Assembly: GCF_031769215.1 (NCBI RefSeq)
Contig: NW_026782411.1
Coordinates: 62,001-126,000 of the forward strand
From: Ylistrum balloti
Lineage: Eukaryota
DNA: 64,000 nt
Direction: 5' to 3'
Part shown: one piece after another, positions 54,314 through 64,000 of the stretch
Layout of the letters: the number at the start of each line of letters is the position of its first letter
How positions within the stretch are numbered: the stretch's first letter is position 1
Notes under the pieces: generated by a model
Databases searched by the model: none
What the model was told of the DNA's origin: nothing
The model's input: only the letters and a program-made list of their open reading frames with translations
Position numbers and translations under genes: made by a program

Positions 54314-57300
54314 CTTTACGACAACATGGGGTCCGGGAAGGGCTATGGCGGTTCTACCAGTAGGTATGGGAGTGGTGTAGGAACCAGTAGTTATCTCAGT
54401 CCGTCGTACGGCTCGCAAAACAAAAGCGGGTCGTCTTACGGATCACCAACAAAAACCTACTCATCAGGCTACCAACAACCCTCATCATCCGGGTCTCGAT
54501 ACGGTTACGGCGGCGGCTCCGTCCGAGACCGGATACAGAAAATTTCGTCAGCGGAGGCAACGCGCAACACGGGTAAAGATACCGGAACTAGTATGTATAC
54601 GCCGTTAAGCAGTAGAGGGACCACACAAACAAGGGGAGATCACTATGGAGGCGGTGGTGGATATGACAAATATTCGTCACGGAGTGCGGGATCAGACCCT
54701 TATGGAAGCAAATCTGGATATTTGTCAGATTATGGTGGGAGTACAAGGTCTTATAGTTCATGGGATCGAGGGTCGTCAAGGTCAGGTCGCAGTTACGGAA
54801 CCGCAAGTCGCGAGACTTCGCCTGTGAGTCAGCGATCGTCACGCTACGAATACGGAACAAAAGCTGCCACCCCGTCTCCGTACACCACTTACAAAAGTAG
54901 TTCAGAGGTCTCGCCACCAGTTAACAGGAAGTACGACCGCCAGGTGTCGCGATCATCGGACGTCGAGTATTCTGCTAGGGATAGAGGTGACAGATATGAG
55001 AGGAGGCGGTCGTCACGTGACTACATTCGGCCGCCTCCACGGAAGAAAGTTTCCGTGTCTTCGGACAGTGACGAGGACGACAGTGCGCCCGAGGCGGAAA
55101 AAGAAGGCTTCAAGGGTCGGTACCTTATATCGAGGGGAACTTCGCCAATGCCTGAAAATGAAGCCCCGAAACGGGATGCACGTTACAGAAAGGACAAAAA
55201 GTCAGTTTCGCGGACCAAACGTATAAGGCCACTGAGCAACAGAGACTCGCGGCGTGAGAGTCGGTATAGGGACTATCGAAACCCTACTCTTGTCGATTGT
55301 TCTACTCAAACACATATGGACCAACCCACCTCCCGCCGGAGTCGGCACTCGTCTGGCAGCTATGGCGGCGAGGCGAGCGGTGACCTAAGGGAAAAGGCGG
55401 CTATGGCTGCCTTGGCCATGATGGATAGTGGAGGTGGAGACGGCAAAGATGACTCATTCTATAAATATCGCGATAAGTTTGACAAAAACAAACAGCCAAT
55501 GTCACCAGGTTATAACGCAACGGATAGTCCGAGGAGCAAACGATTTTCGTATCGCGATACATCAGCTAAAGATGAAAGTTTGGGAGAAATTCCTCCAGAG
55601 AAATCATGGCGTCAGTCTGTGTACGGAACGTCTACTCCAATGAAGAAACCTGAGGAGGAGGAAGTTCCAAGGCGACGACGCCGGCAGCAGGCTAATGTAG
55701 AGCCTGACTATGACAACGCTGAGGAGGATGCAAGACCAAGTTCACGTCGTGGTGAGAGACGTTCCCAGGGGTCAGACAGAGATCGACGCTCACAGCGGGA
55801 GATGGCTCAGGATTACAGTCGATCCAACTCCCGAGATAGTCTTCTCGACGACAAACCCGCGAGGAGACGAAGGCACGGCAGTAAGGAGTTGCTGGATGCA
55901 CCTCCTGAACCAGAAGTTATTGTCCACTCTCCGGAAGAGGTTCCGGTACAGCGACGAAGACGGCATGGAAGTAAAGAACTTCTAGATGAACCTACTGACC
56001 CCTTGACTCAGGAGACCATTTCGTTAAGAGATAGCATTGAGAAAGTACAACAATGGAAGCAAAACCTACCAAATCCAGACCCGTACTATGAAGACCATCC
56101 TCCACAGTCTCAACCGCCGACTCGACATCTCGAAACTGGCTTCCCAAGGAGTGATTCGGGCGAGTATTTTTCTGCTCATGATTATCCAGTGAATCCGAAT
56201 TCCAGGCCAAATGAGAATAAGGTCATGTCTCCAGAAAGAAGCAGGGGTAGAGACTCTCGTGGGTCTGGTAATTACGGTCGTGAGCAGGAACATCCTCCTT
56301 ACCGTGATCACTCCCCGGGGAGAAGACAGTATCGACGTGATGATTCACACGATAACGTGTTTTCTGGTGACGATGACTTAGATGGACATTACCGCAACAA
56401 AGACTATCGCAAGTCAGAACTAAATAGGGGCGAAGGTGAGCACTATGCGATCGCTCGAGATGAGTCTCCCAACAGGATGCGTCGTTCACACAGACCACCC
56501 TCTGGTGACGGTGCGCGTCGTTTGACGCGAGAAGGATCTAGGGAAGACAATCTAGATGATAGAAAATCAAGGCGAGATGATTATGATCGCGGACACACGA
56601 GCGACAGCTCTCAGTTTGGATTTAATAGAGAAAGTTCGCCAAATAGACCACATTCGCAGAAGAAGCATGGCAGCAGGCCAAACTCTCGGGAGGGCATGCT
56701 TGACGACAGCCGTGTTCGACGAAGCAACTCACGTGAGGGCATGCTCGACGAGGGAAAAGTGCGACGGAGCAATTCTCGTGAGGGAATGTTGGATGAGGGA
56801 AAAGTACGACGAAGCACTTCTCGTGAGGGCATGTTGGATGAGGGGAAAGTGCGACGGAGCAATTCGCGAGAGGGGATGTTGGATGATGGGAAAGCACGAC
56901 GTAGCAACTCGCGCGAGGGCGTTTTAGAGGAGAAGATTGTTGAGTATCCTCCCAGTTACAGTCGGCCAGGACAGCTTGCCATCTCAAACGAAAGTTTGGC
57001 GCACATGAGCAACTCGGCGTCCGCCGGATCCATTAACTCGGTTGTCCCAGATGACGGCACACTCCACGCGACGAAGTCACCTAATTCTGTAACATCAAAC
57101 GAAGGACTTCACTCACCCGTGTCCCAGTCTCGTCTCCACGCCCCGTCTCCAGGGGCCAACAAAGGACTCCCAGACCTGGTGCCCGGAGGACCCAAGACAG
57201 GACCGGAAGGTAAGGATCAAAAGCGTCAGTCACAACGCTACGTCCGCCGTACTAAAAGTGGATACATTGGCAAAGTACAAGATATTGACAGGTTTCTTGG

Positions 57301-57437
57301 ACCCGCTAGTAAGGACGAATGCGGGGGTACGGCTGGACAGACTTCCGGCAAAGATAAATCTGACAGACCCCCAAATCTGATGGACACTCCTGTTCCCAAA
57401 CATCCTGACCCTCTCAAGCCATCTCCCAATGTCCCAG
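54314..57437 (+). CDS. Giant 3,124-nt coding exon (~1,041 aa), intrinsically disordered S/G/Y/R-rich then R/S/D/E-rich; putative N-terminal extension of the long FHOD isoform
   Basis: Acceptor TTTTTCATTTTAG|CTT in phase 0 (LYDNMGSGKG...). Single uninterrupted frame at ~50% GC against AT-rich flanks. Internal amino-acid repeats diverge synonymously. Donor CCAG|GTAAAT is phase 1. ATG 54326 (ACAACATGG) is a possible alternative start. Confidence 0.93.
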
Positions 57438-59041
57438 GTAAATACTTGCCTGTGCTTTGTGCAAAAGTTATGACGTCATACATGGTTTGGTGGCTGTGTT
57501 GTGGCCTAGATGTCTTGGCGGCAGAGTTTTTATTGTTTAACTGAAATAATACCATTTGTTGTTATTACAGCTTGTCTGGTATGAATAGGATAGCATTACT
57601 ATGTTTTCATTTAATCTTTTTATATTGTGGCTTATGAAAGTTTTATTTATAAATGATGACGTCATGACTGTTTTGTGCTGCTTCCGCTTCTACTTGTGCT
57701 AACACTGAATTTCTACTTACTCTCTCTACCATGGTAAAGCTTCCCCGACGTCCGGGGGTGGGGGAGATTTCATAACAATATGTCTAACATCGGTTAGTTA
57801 GCGTCGTGTCTTAGTATTAACCAATTAGTTTAAAAAGGAATGAATGCTTACTTCATTTACACTTTTGGATTTCTGTGAATGATAATTCACACACTAGATA
57901 CAATTCGGACCACTCTAAATCAAGTTATATTTCAAAGTTTAAGAGGTTTTTTTTCGGTTTGTCTCTTTTAAATATCTCATAATGGACATTCTGCATATGT
58001 TTCTGTCATTGTAGATCTAAAATAATCTATGAATTATATTAACGATAAAAAAGGAAATTTCATTTATAATGCGCGTATTTATATATCTTCACATGGTCTT
58101 ATCGAACAACGATAGCAATACTTATTACTACTCAAAAGATGCCACCTTTCACAAATCATTAAACTTACAACCACCAAAAAAAATGTAAAACAAAATCATC
58201 ACCGTGTGCTTTGCATACCCAGAGTGTGGCACCTCCAGTCCTGCATGTTAGCAGTTGTTTTTATTTACATCCGTAGTTGATGAAACCAACTTGCACCAAT
58301 TGACTTCATCAGTCCCCATGGTTAAAACTAATAATAGCTAATAGAATACGATAGGCGGTGACTAACATTCCGACTCCCTTCCCTGTACAGCCAAGTATTG
58401 TCCTATGTCCGTGTGACCGTTGGTTTCGGTGGCTGTTTTCTCCTTGGCGGTTTGTTATATTGAGCTGTTGTGGTTTAAGTAAAGAAGTCAATTGTAGCTA
58501 TTTAACCGCAAGAATGTTGAGATACAGTTTTTAAGCTTTTGACTAATAGAAAAAAGTTTTCTCAGCTGTGTGTTATATCAGCATGAACGTTATCTTTATC
58601 AACGTTACATCACGATGGTGGCCGGTCCATTTACAGGTTGGTCATTTTTATTTCATGTATATGCAAAAAAACAATTTATGCCTAAAATTTGGCCGTCTAA
58701 ATCGACATGCCGTAGCTGCTATGTGATTAAAATCCATGCAAAACTTAAATACTATATTATTGCTTCTAAATATAGACAGTAGCATGGTCAACATCGCTGG
58801 CTTTAATTAGTATACTACGCATATCCTGTCAATAGGACCTGTTTTGTAAACATATTATTAGAATTATTTACCGGGAGGAAATTCTGTTTGATAGAGGATT
58901 GTTTTATATGGCTTTGTCGCAATGGTTACAGGTTAATTTGGAGAAAATTTCAGTACTTATGACCACGTGTAAAAAATAATTTTGTGGGTAAACTTTGTCA
59001 ACATACATTGATGTTCTCGTCTGATTACGCCTTCCCTCCAG

Positions 59042-59361
59042 AAGAAAAATTGGTGGACATTGAGGAGCCCAAGGGTGGACAGTCGATTTTGTCGACGCGT
59101 CCGTCAACCTCCAGGAGGAAAACGGAATCCGTGACGTCACCAGTGTCACAATCGGGGTCGACTGGGCAGCAAATGTTTAACGTCCTCAAACGGAACAAGG
59201 GTTCAGTAACTATCACAGATATCCTTGACCTTTGCTATGGCCGGAGTCAAGGTTCAGGAAAGGTCATCAGAGTTCCAGGAGTCACGGAGTCGGACTATAG
59301 TTTTAAAGGATATGACACCGTTAACGAGCTTCTCGAGAGCATGAACGTCAACGTGAGAAAG
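59042..59361 (+). CDS. Internal coding exon (EKLVDIEEPKGG...GYDTVNELLESMNVNVRK); last isoform-specific exon before the shared FHOD exon
   Basis: Acceptor CCTTCCCTCCAG|AA is phase 1 and matches the phase-1 donor at 57437 (G|AA = Glu). Donor AAG|GTGAGT is phase 0 and matches the acceptor at 63377. Confidence 0.88.
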
Positions 59362-61039
59362 GTGAGTTAGTTTATACTGTTGATAGATATTGTTTGTTCT
59401 AACATAACATGTTCAAGATGAACTTCAGTGAACTTTATGACTTTTGTTGAATGCTTGTGGACTGTTTTTTATGATGCAAACAGTGTAATTAATCCGTTGG
59501 CTCGGTTAATCGCGTCAATAATTTCAACGTTAGTTCCTGTTGCTAAGATATTTTTCATACAGTCTTTAGCAAATTTCAACGAATTATCACCACAAGTCAC
59601 ACGATTGAAATACGTGAATCCTAACTGGGGGTCACTTGCCAAGAGATTTGGGATCAAACAATAAACACACTTAAAACAATAATTGGTATCCACTGAGCTC
59701 GGGAGAACCAAAGAATTTTACGGCACTTGAAAATCGGAAAATTTAGCGACAAAAGAAAAATGGAATAGTTTAGTATAAATGAAGGTTTTTGATAAACCAA
59801 ATGAAGTGAGGCAACATATCAATTTTTTGCGTTTTCAATCAACTTCTTAAAACCTTGCAAAAGGTATATCACTTGTACAAAACAACGATAGCAGGTTAAC
59901 TTTTAACAGCATCCGTTGTTGGATTTTAGACCAAGGGAAATAACTCTTGTATGATTGTGTGATTCTCGAGTTACTTCCCCTATATCAATGTTCATACATT
60001 CAGTGTCGATCATCTTCAGTTACTTATTTATTTATTTTGGTATGGCAACGATCATCGTTTAATTCGATCTACCCTCGATATTCTCTGGTGCTGTAGAAAT
60101 ACTGGTATATTTGTAAATCAATAGTCGCAATATGTAACTAGATTCTTTTTTTCTGTGGACTACTTGTGAAATTATGAACAACCTTGGGTAACCGTCTACT
60201 ATGAAGGTTTGTTTTCTATGCTCACGGTTAACCGTTCCGATGACCTAACAAGCTTAAAAAAATATTAATAAAAGTATATGATAAATCTATATGGTTGACT
60301 GTCTGAACTCAGCATGATTTTTTGTCCTATTCCGGATGACATTATAGGGTCATATGTATACATAACCGAACATCCCTGATTAGTCTCCAACAGTAACAAT
60401 AAGTCTTTGTGAAACGGTTTCATTTTGACATACTTAATAATATGATGTGAAGAGGTCCCTTTATGAGAGTATCCGCTTCAAAACAAACTATTGTGTTGAT
60501 GTTTTTATAGTATAGATAACGGCATAAATTGCACGCCAAATAACAAGATGCTAGTTATTGTCATGTAAAAATACATGCGTACCGTTTTTATTAAATTTTA
60601 TTATATTTTACGACATATATTTGACGTAAATGTATTTTATGTATTTATGGCATACTTGAAATAGTCTTTTAAGTCCGTGATTAAACAAAGTAAGTTTTTT
60701 CAATGTCCTTGACTTAATACTACTCTAGTATTTAGGATTTAATTAAGAATTTCGGTGTGAAGTTCTAGCACATTTTTTTTTTCAACACAAACTTTATTGT
60801 ATAAATATATACCAATGGATGAGATAACAGGCATTGCCTATATAAACCTTCTCCATTTGTGGTTTATCTATATCAGGAGTGATTATAAGTTATCTAATTA
60901 TAATGTTTTCATGATTATATTTCACTAACAGACACTCACTCATCTTTCACATGTGTTTTCGTAAAACGCATTTTTTTTCTTATCGTCCGTATAACAAATC
61001 AAATTGAACCAACTCGTGAAAATACTAATTAATTTATTC

Positions 61040-61329
61040 CGAGTTACCTGTCTGCTACTCCCCCGCCTGATTGCGGCTTCCGCTGTGGTTCCGAGTGAAT
61101 CATCCCACATCTTTTTTTATGTTATCGTGATTAGCCTGAGTGATGATAACAGAATTTCCGAGTCAGCCGCTGCAACGGCCGGTTTATCGCCTCACTGTGG
61201 CGTGCCACTCCGCCGTGAGCGTTTCACCCGCAAGGATGTCTAGTTTCACCTGTTCACCTGGTGGCGTATGAATATGCAAGTGAAGGGTTCAGGGGTCAAC
61301 TCGGCGTGCTGTCAGTAGCACATTAAAAC
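61040..61329 (+). promoter_or_regulatory. CpG/GC-enriched probable promoter and 5'UTR of the short FHOD isoform
   Basis: Local CpG enrichment relative to the AT-rich flanks. In-frame TAA at 61324-61326, then strong Kozak context AAAACATGG. TSS not determinable. Confidence 0.5.
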
Positions 61330-61494
61330 ATGGCGACGTTTATGTGTAGAGTGCAGTACCTGGATGATACGGACCCTTTTGCGAGTACAAATTTCCCTGA
61401 ACCTACGCGTCCACCAAATTTTTTGTTTCACATCACCGTTCCTCTGATAAGTCAGATTGGTGGTGTACACAAACTTTTAGGAGCCCCACACAAA
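61330..61494 (+). CDS. FHOD: FHOD-family formin, first coding exon of the canonical (short) isoform; N-terminal half of the GBD
   Basis: MATFMCRVQYLDDTDPFASTNFPEPTRPP...QIGGVHKLLGAPHK closely matches the vertebrate FHOD3 N-terminus as recalled (MATLACRVQFLDDTDPFNSTNFPEPSRPP...QLAGVHRLLQAPHK). Donor AAA|GTAAGT, phase 0. Confidence 0.97.
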
Positions 61495-63376
61495 GTAAGT
61501 GAAGTTAGGCGCTGTGCCACCTGCTCGGAGATTCACATGTGTGTAAACAAAACCTTGGGATTTTACGTTACCTTTATTTTCTCCTCAACAAACACGGGAT
61601 TAAGCTGTTGACACCTCTGATCGGAAATGAATTCGATAACCTGGATATATAATGTTTTAATTGTAGCAATGTAATGTGTATAATTCCGTTGGTAAAAGGC
61701 TAGCGTGCCGGTAAAGAATTTAAGAATCAGCTGATCCCTACAGATAACAGACCTGAGAGGCGGGTACACCTGTGCTGATCAGCCTCTGCATTATTTGAAG
61801 GGAGATAGAGATTAATGTGTATTTTATTTGTCCTTTATATAATTTGATTGTTGAATTTCGTAGATGATTTAAACATATTTTTTTATTTACAATTTGAATT
61901 CCACTGAAGTAAGTTATGGGAGCTACTAATACTATGAAAAAGTCTGATATTGGAACATCATTGCACATATGTTAGATTTGTCAAATAGGGTTTCCCTGGA
62001 ATGTATTGGATTGATAATATCAAAATCATTGAAGTTCAAAGTAAATTATTAGATGTATCTAAGGTAAAAATATCTGAGTTTAGTTTTAAAGTTTTATCTA
62101 CTTTCTTTTTATTCTGATAAGCATCTTCTGTTAATCACTAATGTTAGACAGCTCTAAACAACCATGGGATGTGATACACATGTAATGACTTAGGAGCATA
62201 TGTGATGTAGTGGTTTATTGTGATGATAATTAAATGCTGCAGTGGCTTTAGAATGAACAAGAATAAGATAGCAGTGTTTTGTTATTGGCTCAGACTTACA
62301 AGTACTAGCTCTTCTCTTATCAGTTCTGTGGTATGAGGGTACTTCCTAAGTAACTAAGAATACACAGTTGTTTTCTCCGTCTGTATCTTTTGAACATGTA
62401 TTTTCAATGGAACTGCGTAGTAGCAACAAGTTGTTGATAGATTACAAACATAAAACTCTAAAAATAATTCAGTCTGCTTACGTATATAAAATTAAATCAT
62501 ATTAACTGAAATGACATGTATGTACCACACAGCACTGTTTCTATAAATAGATAACGTCTCACTGCTATTGCAGATGATTTGGTCACTTTTATTACCTCTT
62601 AACATATTCATTCTGGACGACGTTATAATTGAACATATTGTATGATTCATGGTTAGCAGTGTTATTTTTATCTTGTTTATGTTTCAAGTTTGTATATATA
62701 AATACATTAATCTGTGTGACGTGTGTTGGCAGTTGTATAAAGAACAATTTTGTTCACACCACTACACAATACATCATAGATGTTTAATAAATGCTACTCT
62801 TCACAAGAATTACATGCCAACCTATTCATAGAATCATAGCCATTTGCTTTTAAGGAGGGGAGCATTTTACATCAGCCAACTTAACAATAAAATATTTTAA
62901 TTTGATAACAATCTCTAACTGAAGTTTAAGTGTACATATGATACAGTGATTTTTGTTGGATTTTGTCTGGTGAGTCCGGAGCACCATTTCCATAATTTTG
63001 ATGAGTCTACTTGTAAAGAGTTAAAGCAAGTCCCACAGGAAAAGCATGAGTCGAAAACAAAAATAATTGGGTCACAAGTATCACTGTAATATACTATGGG
63101 AGCAGTAGTTTTTGTAGGATTTTTCCTGGTGAATCCCATTTCCAAACTTTTGATGAGTTCAGTTACAAATAGTTATAGTGGGTTCTTAAAATTTGAGCAT
63201 CACAGCATAAGCATGAATCCATGACTCAAATATTTGAAACCCAAATATCACTGAAGGGTATTATTACTGTGAAACAATTTTGGTACTTTATATATTAAAG
63301 ATATTGAACTTTGAACAAATAGATAGATGATGACTATAATTATTTAACTTTCTCATGATTCTTTTGATTTTACTAG

Positions 63377-63501
63377 CTTGAGGACTGCGCTCTACAGATA
63401 TATCGTTATCACAATGGCTCCCAGGGAGACTATGGGACATACTTGGATTTGGAATCCACCGTAGATGAACAGGCTGACGAACTTGAGGGCTTCCAAGACC
63501 A
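63377..63501 (+). CDS. FHOD: FHOD-family formin, second (shared) coding exon LEDCALQIYRYHNGSQGDYGTYLDLESTVDEQADELEGFQD
   Basis: Acceptor TTTTGATTTTACTAG|CTT is phase 0 and donor CA|GTAAGT is phase 2. Matches FHOD3 LDDCTLQL..NGAYLDLEATLAEQRDELEGFQD as recalled. Absent from the ORF track. Confidence 0.97.
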
Positions 63502-64000
63502 GTAAGTACTTGACATTCAACTGTCTCTGTTGTCCTGGTAACCATCAATATCTCAGACACTTCAGTTAGAATATGTACAGCTTAATATCCAATGTGTATG
63601 TGTGTGTCTTTGAAAAAAAAAATGAGTGTTTTGAGATGAAGAGATTTGAGCATCATGCCTCTAGTATCCGGTTTCATGATAAGGTCTTTAAGGGTTATTC
63701 AGATGTTCTGATATTTGGAAACAAGAAATTGTGGTTAGGAAAGAGCTTGAAACATTCTATGATAAAACGTCTGAATTTCTGAAGGAGCCAGTGTTTGTCA
63801 GAGATCAGTGCTTGTTCGGAAGATTTCTGTGTACACATATATTGTAGAAAATATTGATGACCTACTCTGTCACTCTCCTTGATATGATATGTGGAATCTG
63901 CTTTGATGTTATATGATTTGAACTCCCCAAAATAAGTGTGACTCAAAGGTTTTCAAAAATGAATAAGAGAACAAAAAATTATCTGAAATTGTCATTTATA

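Noticed and set aside
57438-57544. C-terminal tail of the 1072-aa ORF (KYLPVLCAKVMTSYMVWWLCCG...)
   Set aside because: It lies past a good phase-1 donor that matches the next exon, and composition switches to intron-like. A retained-intron short product cannot be excluded without RNA data.
61495-61611. ORF continuation after APHK (VSEVRRCAT...), and likewise 58984-59041
   Set aside because: Intronic read-through beyond the splice sites; FHOD similarity resumes at 63377.
58328-62550. MEF2-consensus sites CTAATAATAG (58328), CTAAATATAG (58766) and CTATAAATAG (62541)
   Set aside because: Attractive for a muscle isoform, but several exact matches are expected by chance in 64 kb at this AT content.

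Overview
AT-rich eukaryotic (animal) genomic DNA. The repeat landscape suggests a bivalve mollusc, but that is inference. There is one scaffold gap (3025-3260) and no prokaryotic features. The only recognisable gene is the 5' part of a + strand FHOD-family formin (FHOD1/FHOD3/Fhos-like). Its canonical first coding exon is 61330-61494 and its second is 63377-63501; the gene continues beyond the window. Upstream I find a chain of phase-compatible exons with canonical splice sites: ATG 13616-13618, 13810-14274, 34587-34643, 54314-57437 and 59042-59361. This chain cannot enter the canonical first exon in frame but joins 63377 in frame. It predicts a long FHOD isoform with a ~1,323-aa, mostly disordered N-terminal extension, whose last exon may supply an alternative first half of the ubiquitin-like GBD. 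About 19 kb (~30%) of the window is ~19 unrelated minisatellite arrays, all upstream of 54 kb. They produce the long spurious ORFs in the track (784, 454 and 221 aa). A few degraded SINE/MITE-like remnants are also present. The isoform model rests on splice signals, phase and composition, not on transcript evidence.
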